Source of the DNA: Gammaproteobacteria bacterium
Lineage (GTDB): Bacteria; Pseudomonadota; Gammaproteobacteria; Eutrophobiales; Eutrophobiaceae
DNA: 64,000 bases
Direction of reading: 5' to 3'
Assembly: GCA_965116495.1 (NCBI GenBank)
Contig: OZ220696.1
Coordinates: 2,912,001 to 2,976,000, forward strand
Under the pieces are notes generated by a model. The model saw only the letters and a program-made list of their open reading frames with translations, had not been told where the DNA came from and made no database searches. The stretch's first letter is position 1. Each line of letters starts with the position of its first letter. The translations under genes and the position numbers were made by a program. Below are positions 52,145 through 61,660 of the stretch, one piece after another.

Positions 52145-52726
52145 TCAGACGGCCAAGGCCCGTCCCAGCTCAGTCAGGGGTCTGACCAGCAGAATCAACG
52201 ACAGTTGCAGGAAGATGAATACCAGTATGGGGGAGAAGTCGATACCGTGGGTCGAAGGCAATAATCTGCGCGCCGGCCGCAGCAAGGGCTCGGATAATTG
52301 ATACATGAGAACCGTAATCGGGTTATAGGAGCCGGGGCTGATCCAGCTCAGGATGATCTGCACAAAGACTACGAACATGAAAATATAGATAATCAGTTTC
52401 AGCAGTTCCGCGATACTGATCAGAAGCAGGCCGATAAAGGCATAAGAAGTGCCATAGGCGATCAAGCTGATCAGGGAAAACTCAATAGCCTGGAGCGCGA
52501 CCATCAGGATGATGCAGGGCAGGTCGATCCCGCCTGACCCCGGGATGAAACGGCGCAACATGCGCAGCGGCGGGCCGGTCACCTGCAACAGGAATTGTGA
52601 GATGGGGTTACGGGAATCGGCCCGCACCGTCTGCAGCAGGAAGCGCAGCACCACAAACAGGATGTAAATGGAAAAAATTGTGTTGACCAGGTACAGCAAA
52701 GCATCGGTCAGGTAGGAACCGCTCAT
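52145..52726 (-). CDS. yggT: YggT family membrane protein
   Basis: LRFLLQ.VRAD..NP, ILSWI, L.EPLL.P.RR..P...GIDFSP. Confidence 0.92.
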   Translation of the reverse strand: MSGSYLTDALLYLVNTIFSIYILFVVLRFLLQTVRADSRNPISQFLLQVTGPPLRMLRRFIPGSGGIDLPCIILMVALQAIEFSLISLIAYGTSYAFIGLLLISIAELLKLIIYIFMFVVFVQIILSWISPGSYNPITVLMYQLSEPLLRPARRLLPSTHGIDFSPILVFIFLQLSLILLVRPLTELGRALAV

Positions 52727-52729
52727 CAG

Positions 52730-53551
52730 TCAGTCCCCCTGTTGTGCCAGTTCTATCGAACGGTCCCGGCTGGCAGTCAGCGCCCGGCGCAACAACTGCT
52801 CCAGCCCTCCCTCCTCGAATGCCTGCAGCGCTTTCTCGGTGGTGCCGCCCGGGGAGGTGACCCGTTGTCTCAGGGTGGCTGCATCCTCGCCGGTTTCCTT
52901 CAGCATCCTGGCCGCCCCCAATGCGGTTTCAACGCAAAGCAGGCGAGCCTGTTCCTGCGATAAACCCAGCTCTGCGGCGATCTTTGCCAGCAACTCAACG
53001 ACCAGGAAGAAATAGGCGGGACCACTGCCGGAGACGGCAGTGACGGTGTCCAGCAGGGCCTCGTCATCCAGCCAGACTGCGACGCCGACTGCTTGCATGA
53101 TGTGCGTTGCCACCCGGCGCTGGGCCGCGCTGACCTCAGCTGCCGCGTACAACCCGGTTGCACCGGCCCGTAGCAGGGCCGGCGTGTTGGGCATGGCGCG
53201 TACCACCGGGCAGGCGCCGCCGAGTGCAGCACTGATTGTCCCGGCGCGAATGCCGGCCGCAATGGACAGTATCAGGGGGCGTTTGGTTTGCAGGGCTTGT
53301 TTTACCTTGGCAAGCACCGCCCCGATCGTTTGCGGTTTGACCGCCAGGACAATAACGTCGGCGCCGGGGACACCTGCAGCGATGCTGTCTGCGCTGCGTA
53401 TAGCGTATTGTGTTTCAACCCGGCGGCGTTGATTTTCGTCCGGGTCAACGCCGAACAGGGAAGCAGTGGGATGGCCGTTGGCGATGAGTCCGCTAATGAG
53501 GCTCGTGCCCATGTTGCCGCAGCCGAGGAAGGTGATTTTCTGGTCCTGCAT
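52730..53551 (-). CDS. proC: Pyrroline-5-carboxylate reductase
   Basis: FLGCGNMG, LAVKPQ, RAMPNTP, TAVSGSGPAY, VTSPGGTT. Confidence 0.96.
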   Translation of the reverse strand: MQDQKITFLGCGNMGTSLISGLIANGHPTASLFGVDPDENQRRRVETQYAIRSADSIAAGVPGADVIVLAVKPQTIGAVLAKVKQALQTKRPLILSIAAGIRAGTISAALGGACPVVRAMPNTPALLRAGATGLYAAAEVSAAQRRVATHIMQAVGVAVWLDDEALLDTVTAVSGSGPAYFFLVVELLAKIAAELGLSQEQARLLCVETALGAARMLKETGEDAATLRQRVTSPGGTTEKALQAFEEGGLEQLLRRALTASRDRSIELAQQGD

Positions 53552-53600
53552 AACGCCGGAATCATACCAGTTCCCACCCGAACTTTCAGGGCAACGGGGA

Positions 53601-54287
53601 TCAGCGGGACCTTGGGCCGAACAGTGCTGTCCCAATTCGGACCACGGTTGCCCCTTCGGCTATGGCAGCCCGCAAGTCATTGGTCGTGCCCATGGACAAG
53701 GTGTCGAGCTGGAAGCCGCTGTCTATTAGCTGCTGCTGCAGACGGCGCAATCTCATGAAAGCGCGTCGTTGCATGGCGAAATCAGCCACGGGCGCGGGCA
53801 TCCCCATCAGACCTCTCAGTTTCAACCGGGTTAACGGAAGAACCTGTTCCGCCAGTTGTTGTACTGCATCCGGTTCAACCCCGGACTTGCTGGATTCAGC
53901 ATCAATGTTGACCTGGATACAGATATTCAGAGGGGGCATGTCCGGAGATCGCGCCGCGTTTAATCGACTGGCGATCTTGACGCGATCAACGGAGTGTACC
54001 CAGTGAAAACACCCGGCAATCTGGCGGGTCTTGTTGGACTGGATAGGACCGATGAAGTGCCAACGAAGAGAGTGCTCGCTTAATTGCTCGATTTTCGCCC
54101 GCGCCTCCTGCACGTAGTTCTCGCCGAAGTCCGATATTCCGTATTGCGCCAGAGCCAGGATATCGGCGGATTTCCTGGTTTTACTCACGGCCAGAAGTTT
54201 CACACTCCCGGCGTCCCGGCCGAACTGCTGCTCCGCTTGTACAATCTCCATGCGTAACTGCTGCAATCGATCAAACAGATTTTTCAT
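53601..54287 (-). CDS. yggS: PLP homeostasis protein YggS
   Basis: LAVSKT, FGENYVQE, WHFIGPIQSNK, QVNI..E.SKSG, LSMG, VRIGTALFG.R. Confidence 0.95.
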   Translation of the reverse strand: MKNLFDRLQQLRMEIVQAEQQFGRDAGSVKLLAVSKTRKSADILALAQYGISDFGENYVQEARAKIEQLSEHSLRWHFIGPIQSNKTRQIAGCFHWVHSVDRVKIASRLNAARSPDMPPLNICIQVNIDAESSKSGVEPDAVQQLAEQVLPLTRLKLRGLMGMPAPVADFAMQRRAFMRLRRLQQQLIDSGFQLDTLSMGTTNDLRAAIAEGATVVRIGTALFGPRSR

Positions 54288-54483
54288 GGGTACGGCCCGT
54301 ACGGAAAAGGGTTTCAATCAGCATTCTCCGTTTACTATAGTCAATTATGACAGACAAATAAAAAACGGCAGTCCGCATGCAACGGTTCGAAAGGAAATAT
54401 TCACCTGCTTTACCTGGTTTGATATAAGCGCCCCTGCAGAGAGACCCAGGTTCGGGCAGGCTTGACCTGCAGGATTGCAGGCA

Positions 54484-54514
54484 ATAAAAAAGGGTCCAGA
54501 GGACCCCTTTTTAT
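54484..54514 (-). terminator. Intrinsic terminator downstream of pqqA (bidirectional-type)
   Basis: ATAAAAAAGGGTCC-AGA-GGACCCCTTTTTAT stem-loop with A/T tracts on both sides. Confidence 0.85.
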
Positions 54515-54532
54515 GCAACTTGTAATTATTAA

Positions 54533-54607
54533 TTACTTGTTGTTGATGTACATCGTAACTTCAAAACCGAAGCGGATGTCGCTGTATTCAGGAGTTTGCC
54601 AGTTCAT
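54533..54607 (-). CDS. pqqA: Pyrroloquinoline quinone precursor peptide PqqA (24 aa)
   Basis: Manual translation MNWQTPEYSDIRFGFEVTMYINNK: W..P, R.GFEVTMY with the ExxxY pair; GGAGA RBS upstream. Confidence 0.93.
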   Translation of the reverse strand: MNWQTPEYSDIRFGFEVTMYINNK

Positions 54608-54662
54608 TATACTTTCTCCAATTGGTTGATATTAAGGGTTAAAACTTCGCTGCCATTAATAA

Positions 54663-54678
54663 TGCAGGTTCTGTGCCA
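54663..54678 (-). promoter_or_regulatory. sigma54 (-24/-12) promoter for pqqA
   Basis: Minus strand TGGCACAGAACCTGCA with correct GG-N10-GC spacing, 55 bp upstream of the ATG. Confidence 0.8.
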
Positions 54679-54718
54679 AAATCAGGATTATTTTTAAATA
54701 ATAATTAATATCTTTATA

Positions 54719-54731
54719 AATCAGTTGGTTA
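54719..54731. promoter_or_regulatory. IHF site upstream of the sigma54 promoter
   Basis: AATCAGTTGGTTA fits WATCARNNNNTTR in an AT-rich tract about 40 bp upstream of the -24 box. Confidence 0.7.
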
Positions 54732-54826
54732 TAAATATATTAAGGGAAATGCGAAAATATATTGTGCGGGCGTGGTTCATATAAACTGGTTGTAATTATT
54801 CACAATTCTGGTTGTTGCCGACCATT

Positions 54827-54990
54827 TAACCCCCATTTCTCAGTGGGTGATGCGATGATCGCGCCGGATTTTTGCCCTCAGCGGGTGCCTGCGACCGAAA
54901 GCATAGCCGTAGCTATGGTTGAGAGAGCACGTGCCCGCTGAGGGCAAAAAGACAAGCGAGGGCGCGTCACCCAGTGAGAAATGGGGGTTA
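54827..54990. mobile_element. 164-bp MITE (TAACCC...GGGTTA family), copy 1
   Basis: TIRs TAACCCCCATTTCTCA / TGAGAAATGGGGGTTA; inner stem TTTTTGCCCTCAGCGGG / CCCGCTGAGGGCAAAAA; right end is the pyrK stop codon; homologous to 61661-62123. Confidence 0.85.
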
Positions 54991-55866
54991 GGGAAACACT
55001 TCCTCACCCTGGAACACCGGGCCGTCCACGCAGACCCGGCGCATGGAGACAGAACCGTTCTTGTAAACGGGCACCGTACAACCGGCGCAGCCCCCTACGG
55101 CGCATGCCATGTATTCTTCCAGTGAAACCTGGCATGGCAGGGAAAACTCCCTGGCCAGGCCGGCAACGGCCCGCAACATGGGTGTCGGTCCGCAACTGAA
55201 AATCTCGACCTGCCGGTGTTGTTCTGCGCCGAGCCCTGCCAGCCATTGCCGGGCCAGGTCGGTGACGAAACCATCATAACAACCGGGATAACCCTGCCTG
55301 CTGGTGAGGCGGCTGGCGATACTCCAGTCCTCCAGTAGCGGCATGCAGGCGATCGCCTCGCCCGGGACTCCCTCGACCATGATGCGTGAGGGCCTGGGGT
55401 TAAAGGGGAAAGGGATCTCGGAACCCATGATTACGAAGGGGTTCACGGTTTTTGCCTGTTTCATGATGTGCTCGGCGAGGAACACCATGGGGGGAATGCC
55501 CACCCCGCCGCCGATTAACAGGGGGATACTTCGATAACCGTGTTGTTTGAACGGGTTGCCTATGGGGCCCAGCAGGTTGATCCTGTCACCGGTCCGGGTC
55601 CCTGCCAGTTTATCCGTACCCAGGCCGTGAACCTTGTACAGAATATCAATCCATCCGGCGTCGGGGTCTGCACGCATGATCGACATGGGGCGGCGCATGG
55701 GCAGGTCTTCGTGACAACGCAGGTGGATAAAACTGCCCGGCAAGGCCCGTTGCGCCGTGTCGCCGGCTGCCAGGCGCAGGAGGTGCTGGCCGGCGCCCAG
55801 TGTCTGGTGTTGCAGGACCGCGGCGTCCTCGACAAAAATGCTGTCGCGGCTATACGGATGCGGCAT
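54988..55866 (-). CDS. pyrK: Dihydroorotate dehydrogenase electron transfer subunit-like flavo/2Fe-2S protein
   Basis: RRPMSI, GPIGNPF, GGGVGIPP, CGPTPM, EEYMACAVGGCAGC, RVCVDGPVF. Confidence 0.85.
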   Translation of the reverse strand: MPHPYSRDSIFVEDAAVLQHQTLGAGQHLLRLAAGDTAQRALPGSFIHLRCHEDLPMRRPMSIMRADPDAGWIDILYKVHGLGTDKLAGTRTGDRINLLGPIGNPFKQHGYRSIPLLIGGGVGIPPMVFLAEHIMKQAKTVNPFVIMGSEIPFPFNPRPSRIMVEGVPGEAIACMPLLEDWSIASRLTSRQGYPGCYDGFVTDLARQWLAGLGAEQHRQVEIFSCGPTPMLRAVAGLAREFSLPCQVSLEEYMACAVGGCAGCTVPVYKNGSVSMRRVCVDGPVFQGEEVFP

Positions 55867-57146
55867 TACACAGTGTCCTGGAACGCCAGTTTGCCGCCGA
55901 CAATCGTATGGGTGACTTTGCCGTTCATCTCCCAGTTGTCGAAGGGTGTGTTTTTTCCGGCGCTGGCTAAATTATCCGCCTTGACGGTCCACTGCAGGTC
56001 CTCATCGAAGATGAACAGGTCGGCCCGTGCGCCGCCAGCCAGGCTCCCCGCGTCGATGCCTATGATAGACGCGGGCCGGCAGGTAAGTGCCTGCACGATT
56101 TGACCCAGGCTGAAGCCGCGGGCAGCAGCCAGGTTGAATGCCAACGGCGCCAGGACTTCCAATGTGGATGCACCGGGCTCGGTACTGCTGAAAGGTGCGG
56201 CCTTGGCGTCTTCATCGTGGGGTTGGTGGTCCGAGCAGACGGCATCGATGACGCCGGAGCGCAATCCATCCAGCAATGCCTGCCTGTCCCGGTCGGTGCG
56301 CAGGGGCGGCCACAGCCGGCATTGGGAATTGAAGCCGTCAACATCGACCTCCGAGAGATACAGGTAGGCAATGCCGGCATCCGCCGTGACCGGCAGTCCC
56401 TGTTGTTTTGCCGCGCCGATCAGTTCCACGCTACGGGCGCAGGACAAGCGGCAGAAATGCGCGCTGGTACCGGTCTGTTCGATCAGTAACAAGGCGCGGC
56501 TGATAGCTATCGTCTCCGCGGTTTCCGGGATCCCGGGTAAACCCAGGCGCGTGCTGATCCTGCCTTCGTGCATAACACCCTGGTTTCTCAGGTAACTGTC
56601 TTCCGGGTGGATAAACACGGGCAGGTCGAAACCGGCGGAGTATTCAAGCGCGCGCCGCAGTACTTCCGTGTCCACAATCGGCATATCGGCATTCGACAAA
56701 CCGACACAGCCGGCCCGTTTGAGGGCCGCCACTTCCGTTAACTGCCGGCCGTCCAGGCCCCGGGTCAGGGCGCCAAGGGGGTAGATGCGGGTTTTGTTGA
56801 GCCGGGACCGGCGCTCATGGATAAGCTCTACGACTGCCGGCGTGTCCGTGACGGGCCGGGTATTCGGCGGACAGACCATGCTGGTTACCCCGGCGCGCGC
56901 GGCCGCCTCCGATTCGGACGCGATGGTCGCCTTGTGCTCAAATCCCGGCTCGCGGGTATGTACGCTCAGGTCGACGATCCCCGGGCAAACATACTGTCCG
57001 TCCAGCGCTATTTCAATATCGGCGCTGAATCCTTCCATCCGCTTGCCGGCAGAGACGATCCTGCCGTCCGCGATGTACAGGTCGCCCTGTCCGTCAAGTT
57101 GTTGCGCGGGACAGATCAGGTGGCCGTTACTGATGGCGATACGCAT
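55866..57146 (-). CDS. pyrC: Dihydroorotase-like protein, probably non-catalytic PyrC' (ATCase partner)
   Basis: PGIVDLSVHTREPG (first His of DxHxH replaced by Ser), PPNT.PV.D, HFCRLS, PPLR, SDHQPH, KNTPF; overlaps pyrB. Confidence 0.85.
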   Translation of the reverse strand: MRIAISNGHLICPAQQLDGQGDLYIADGRIVSAGKRMEGFSADIEIALDGQYVCPGIVDLSVHTREPGFEHKATIASESEAAARAGVTSMVCPPNTRPVTDTPAVVELIHERRSRLNKTRIYPLGALTRGLDGRQLTEVAALKRAGCVGLSNADMPIVDTEVLRRALEYSAGFDLPVFIHPEDSYLRNQGVMHEGRISTRLGLPGIPETAETIAISRALLLIEQTGTSAHFCRLSCARSVELIGAAKQQGLPVTADAGIAYLYLSEVDVDGFNSQCRLWPPLRTDRDRQALLDGLRSGVIDAVCSDHQPHDEDAKAAPFSSTEPGASTLEVLAPLAFNLAAARGFSLGQIVQALTCRPASIIGIDAGSLAGGARADLFIFDEDLQWTVKADNLASAGKNTPFDNWEMNGKVTHTIVGGKLAFQDTV

Positions 57147-58126
57147 CACTCGCTCCCCCCCGTGGCGTCGGGTGCGGTGCCCATCACCATGGCCATGACG
57201 GCCATGCGTATGGCTATGCCGTGGCTGACCTGCTGCAAAATAACCGACCTGTCCCCGTCGGCAACCTGCGAATCAATTTCTATTCCACGGTTAATCGGGC
57301 CGGGATGCATGACGATCACGTCGGGCTTGGCCACGCGCAGGCGCGCCTCGGTGAGGCCGAAACAGTGGAAGTACTCCTCCTCGCTGGGAAGGACGGCATT
57401 GTTGATGCGTTCCCGTTGCAGGCGCAGCATGGTGATGACGTCCACGTCCTGCAGCCCCTCGGTCAAATCATGAAATACCTGCACACCCAGACTTTCGATG
57501 TTTTCCGGGAGCAGGGTTTTGGGTGCAATTACGCGGATATCGCTGACCCCGAGGATATTAAGTGCATGTATTTCCGAGCGGGCAACCCGGGAGTGCGCAA
57601 TATCCCCGACAATTGCCACCCGCAGGGACTCAAAATCCGGTTTATGACGGCGGACGGTGAACATGTCCAGCATGGCCTGGGTCGGGTGGGCATGGCGTCC
57701 GTCCCCCGCGTTGACGATATGCACGTTCTCCGCCACCTGGCCGGCAATGAAATGCGCCGCGCCGCTGTTGCCGTGGCGTACCACGAACAGGTCGCAATGC
57801 ATCGCCTCCAGGGTATGCAAGGTATCCTGCAGCGTTTCGCCTTTGTTGGTGGCCGACGTGGCGATGTTGATGTTCAACACGTCGGCGGACAGGCGCTTGG
57901 CCGCCAGTTCAAACGTAGTACGGGTGCGGGTGCTTGATTCAAAAAACAGGTTGGCTACCGTCTTGCCGCGCAATAACGGCACTTTTTTAACGGCGCGTCC
58001 GCTTACGCTGGCGAAGGACTCGGCATAATCAAGGATACTTGTCAGAATTTGACGACTGAGGCCTTCCGTGGTCAGGAAATGTTTGAGGCGCCCTTGCTGG
58101 TCCAGTTGAATAGGGTGATCCGTCAT
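57146..58126 (-). CDS. pyrB: Aspartate carbamoyltransferase catalytic subunit
   Basis: [48 protein letters not shown]. Confidence 0.97.
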   Translation of the reverse strand: MTDHPIQLDQQGRLKHFLTTEGLSRQILTSILDYAESFASVSGRAVKKVPLLRGKTVANLFFESSTRTRTTFELAAKRLSADVLNINIATSATNKGETLQDTLHTLEAMHCDLFVVRHGNSGAAHFIAGQVAENVHIVNAGDGRHAHPTQAMLDMFTVRRHKPDFESLRVAIVGDIAHSRVARSEIHALNILGVSDIRVIAPKTLLPENIESLGVQVFHDLTEGLQDVDVITMLRLQRERINNAVLPSEEEYFHCFGLTEARLRVAKPDVIVMHPGPINRGIEIDSQVADGDRSVILQQVSHGIAIRMAVMAMVMGTAPDATGGSE

Positions 58127-58632
58127 TCTGTCGTCGTGACCTCCAGCGCCAGGGGTTCCGGGCCTGAGAGTTTTACATGCTGGTTTACGTCAAGGCTGAT
58201 ATGCTTTCCTGTCACGTCAGCCTGAATGGGTAATTCCCTGCCGCTGCGGTCCACCAGTACCGCCAGGCAGATACTCGCCGCCCGGCCGTAGTCGAATAAT
58301 TCATTCATTGCCGCGCGCACGGTACGGCCGGTGTAAAGTACGTCATCAATTAAAATCACATGGCGGTCCGTGACATCGAATGGCAGGCTGGAAGGTGTGA
58401 CCCGCGGGTGCAGGCCAATCCGGCTGAAATCGTCCCGGTAGAACGCGATATTCAGTTTGCCGAGTGGCAGGGTGGAGCCGAACAGTTGGTGCAATCGTTG
58501 CGCTATCCACACGCCGCCGCTGTGGATACCGATAAACAGGGGATCATATCTGTTGTATTTTTCCAGGTATCGTTCCAGCTCGGATTTCATCGTCTGGAGC
58601 AGTTGCTCCACATCGATATTATTTGACGGCAT
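58123..58632 (-). CDS. pyrR: PyrR bifunctional regulator/uracil phosphoribosyltransferase
   Basis: [40 protein letters not shown]. Confidence 0.94.
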   Translation of the reverse strand: MPSNNIDVEQLLQTMKSELERYLEKYNRYDPLFIGIHSGGVWIAQRLHQLFGSTLPLGKLNIAFYRDDFSRIGLHPRVTPSSLPFDVTDRHVILIDDVLYTGRTVRAAMNELFDYGRAASICLAVLVDRSGRELPIQADVTGKHISLDVNQHVKLSGPEPLALEVTTTE

Positions 58633-58650
58633 ATTTTAACTGAACGTTCT

Positions 58651-59091
58651 CTATTCACCGGTTATTGTATCATTTTTTGGCTTCATCGAGTTTTCTTGCA
58701 GCCACCCTTCCAGGATCACCTGGGCTGCGACATGATCCAGGTGCTCCTTGTTTCGTTGGCGGGTCCGGGCCTCGACAGTAGTGAGCCGTTCATCAGCGCG
58801 CAGCACGGGGAGACGGTAACGACCTTGCAGTCTTGCAGCGAATTTATCGGCGTCAGCACTGATCGGTTGGCGGCTGCCGTCAATATTCAAGGGGTTCCCC
58901 ACCAGCAGGGCCTGGGGATGCCATTGTCTGATAAGCGCACTGATCCGGTCCCAATCCGGGCGGTTGTTATGGACGGAAATGATCTCCAGAGGCGTAGCCG
59001 TATCAGTCAGTGTCTGACCTACCGCCACACCAATTCTTTTTGTACCGAAATCGAAACAGAGCAGGGTGGCGGGGCGTGATGCAGGTGTCAA
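58651..59091 (-). CDS. ruvX: Pre-16S rRNA nuclease YqgF/RuvX
   Basis: FDFGTKRIGVAVG, VGNP, DERLTT.EA, D..AA..IL. Confidence 0.94.
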   Translation of the reverse strand: MTPASRPATLLCFDFGTKRIGVAVGQTLTDTATPLEIISVHNNRPDWDRISALIRQWHPQALLVGNPLNIDGSRQPISADADKFAARLQGRYRLPVLRADERLTTVEARTRQRNKEHLDHVAAQVILEGWLQENSMKPKNDTITGE

Positions 59092-59657
59092 GCGTGCCCG
59101 AAACCGGTCGATATCTGGTGGTGATCGATGCCCAGCAAGGCAGTAGCCGAGGACCAGCGCAGTTCGCTGGGCGTATTGAAGATGATTTCTGAATCCGCTG
59201 ACACGTTAAGCCAAACGTTTTCCTTTATTTCCTCTTCCAATTGCCCGGCTGACCAGCCTGCGTAACCCAGGGCAATCAGGAAGTTTTGCGGCCCGGCGCT
59301 TTCCGCGATGGCAAGCAATATATCCCGGGAAGTCGTTACGCCCAGGGCACCACTCACGCTGATCGAGGAATCCCATTCCCTGCCCGGCTCGTGCAATACA
59401 AATCCCCGGTCGGTATGGACCGGCCCACCCTGGTAAACAGGCAGCTTTTCAATGGTTTCATCTTCCGGTTTCATCTGCATCTGTTCCAGGATTTCGCCCA
59501 GTTCGCAATGTGCCGGACGGTTGATCACCAGCCCCATTGCGCCTTCATCATTGTGCGCGCAGATGTAGGTAACGGTCTGGGAAAAATTGGGATCTCTCAG
59601 GCTGGGCATTGCAATGAGAAACTGATTTGTGAAGTTTGTGACAGAACTGGAAACCAT
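59088..59657 (-). CDS. yqgE: YqgE/AlgH family protein
   Basis: FLIAMP, GAMGLVIN, GGPV..DRGFVLH, LGYAGW.AGQLE.E, GHA. Confidence 0.94.
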   Translation of the reverse strand: MVSSSVTNFTNQFLIAMPSLRDPNFSQTVTYICAHNDEGAMGLVINRPAHCELGEILEQMQMKPEDETIEKLPVYQGGPVHTDRGFVLHEPGREWDSSISVSGALGVTTSRDILLAIAESAGPQNFLIALGYAGWSAGQLEEEIKENVWLNVSADSEIIFNTPSELRWSSATALLGIDHHQISTGFGHA

Positions 59658-59767
59658 AACTGTAATAGTATCCGTATCGGCGCCAGAAAGCCACCTGGAA
59701 ATAATAAACCGGTTAAATTAATCGTCCCCGGGCGGGATAATCGTTCCAGACAGGCTTGACAGACCGG

Positions 59768-60670
59768 CTACTTGAAAACGCGCTGATCCAGAAATTGCCA
59801 GGTCCTGGTAATGTGCAGGACGTCGGTTTCCGCGCGAATCGCATCGGGAAAAGGCGCGTACGGCGCCGCCAGCTCGACAATCCTGATTGCAGCATCATCC
59901 AGCACCTCGTGACCCGAGGAACGGCGGATTGTAATCTGGTTGATCTTGCCGTCCGGGTTCAATGCCACGTCCAGCACCAGGTCTCCGGCGAGCTTGCGTC
60001 TCCTGGCTTCCTCCGGGTAATTCAGGTTCCCCACCCGTTCCACTTTTGCGCGCCAGGCTTCCATGTAGGCGGCATATTTATATGCCCGGGTGCTGGCTGA
60101 TATGAAAGTCCTTTTCGGGCGCTTTGCCTTGCTTTCCAATTTGCGTTTTACCTCCGAACTCAAAGCTGCCATCTTCAGGCTGTTGCTGCGTAATTCGCTG
60201 GCGCTGGGGCGCTTTGTCTCGGGTTCGTCCGGGCTTTCCTCCAGTGCTTGAGGGGTTTTTTCCACCTCGACGGCCACAGGCTCCACGATTTCCTGCGCAG
60301 GCGCCGGTCCGGGGTCGGTATTGTCGGGTTCGGTGCGCGCTTCCTGCGCTTGTGTTTGCGTCGGCGCGGTAACTTCAGTTTGTTGTTCATGGGGGAGTGG
60401 CGGCACTGGTGATGCGGGGATGACCTCATCCGGGATATCCCCTCCCCCGCGCAGGTTTGCCTGCGCCAGGACGTCTGCTTCCGGCGCCGGTTCACTGGAT
60501 TGTTGTACCAGCACGATCTCCATGGATTCATAGCGCGGGTTGAGTTTATCCTCGGGCGCGAAAACGATTCCCAGGATGAGCAAGGCATGAAAGATCAAGG
60601 CAAGACAGAATGTCAGGCTCAGCCTGTCGCCAGGAGTCAGATGCGGGCGTATTGCAACAGAATCGTTCAA
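59768..60670 (-). CDS. tonB: Energy transducer TonB (TonB3-like, gshB-linked)
   Basis: N-terminal TM with H, Pro-rich linker, W..KVER.GN.NYP, SSG...LD.AA, ITRTW.F. Confidence 0.88.
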   Translation of the reverse strand: MNDSVAIRPHLTPGDRLSLTFCLALIFHALLILGIVFAPEDKLNPRYESMEIVLVQQSSEPAPEADVLAQANLRGGGDIPDEVIPASPVPPLPHEQQTEVTAPTQTQAQEARTEPDNTDPGPAPAQEIVEPVAVEVEKTPQALEESPDEPETKRPSASELRSNSLKMAALSSEVKRKLESKAKRPKRTFISASTRAYKYAAYMEAWRAKVERVGNLNYPEEARRRKLAGDLVLDVALNPDGKINQITIRRSSGHEVLDDAAIRIVELAAPYAPFPDAIRAETDVLHITRTWQFLDQRVFK

Positions 60671-60675
60671 GACGG

Positions 60676-61617
60676 TTACCGCAACTTCCCGGCTATACAG
60701 TCCATCACCTTTCCTGCAATATCATAGCTGTAGATCCGTTCCAGTTCCCTTACGCAGGTCGGGCTGGTTACGTTGATCTCGGTCAGGTAATCGCCGATAA
60801 CATCCAGACCGACGAAGACCAGTCCCAGTGCGCGCAACCGCGGTCCCACCTGTTCGCAGATCCACTGGTCGCGCTCGGACAGGTCAATTCCCTTGCCGGT
60901 GCCTCCCACGGCCAGGTTCCCGCGTATGTCACCGGATTTGGGAATGCGCGCCAGCGCATGTTCCATTGGGCGGCCGTCAACCAGCAGGATGCGTTTATCA
61001 CCCTGCGCGATTGCCGCCAGGTATTGTTGCGCCATAATAAAGCCCTGCGAGTTCCGGGTCAGGGTTTCTACGATGACGTTCCTGTTGGGGTCCTCCTTGT
61101 CAACCAGGAAAACCGAGGCGCCGCCCATGCCATCCAGGGGTTTGAGAACAACCTGCCCGTGCTGTTCCAGGAAAGCATGTATCTGCCGTGTATTACGGCT
61201 GATCAGGGTGGGAGCTATACACTGCGGAAATTGGGTGATGAAGGCTTTTTCATTGACGCTGCGCAGTGCGGCCGGGTTGTTGACGACAAGCGTGCCGCGC
61301 GCTGTCGCGTGTTCCAGGATATAGGTCATGTAGACGTATTCCATGTCAAAGGGCGGATCCTTGCGCATCAGGATCACGTCCAGATCCGAGAGAGCCAACT
61401 CAACCGAACGCTGGAATTGATACCAGTCTGACGCATCATCCGCGACCGTCATGAGGCGTGCATTTGCCCGCGCCGTGCTGCCGCTGAGATACACGTCGTC
61501 CATCTCCATGTAATGTATTTCCCATTCCCTGCGTTGAGCCGCCAGCAGCAATGCCAGGGTCGTGTCTTTTTCGACCTTGATCCCGGCAATAGGATCCATG
61601 ATTACGCCCAGTTTCAT
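60676..61617 (-). CDS. gshB: Glutathione synthetase
   Basis: MDPI, KDTT, RKDPPFD.EY, NEK, KPLDGMGG, RGNLA.GG, EINVTSPTC. Confidence 0.97.
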   Translation of the reverse strand: MKLGVIMDPIAGIKVEKDTTLALLLAAQRREWEIHYMEMDDVYLSGSTARANARLMTVADDASDWYQFQRSVELALSDLDVILMRKDPPFDMEYVYMTYILEHATARGTLVVNNPAALRSVNEKAFITQFPQCIAPTLISRNTRQIHAFLEQHGQVVLKPLDGMGGASVFLVDKEDPNRNVIVETLTRNSQGFIMAQQYLAAIAQGDKRILLVDGRPMEHALARIPKSGDIRGNLAVGGTGKGIDLSERDQWICEQVGPRLRALGLVFVGLDVIGDYLTEINVTSPTCVRELERIYSYDIAGKVMDCIAGKLR

Positions 61618-61660
61618 CTGAAAAACCCCGGCAAAGTTGAATAATTGTCGTCTACCCTGT

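Noticed and set aside
54320-54480. Possible pilT/pilU pseudogene remnant upstream of yggS
   Set aside because: No recognisable PilT/PilU motifs in the frames I read.
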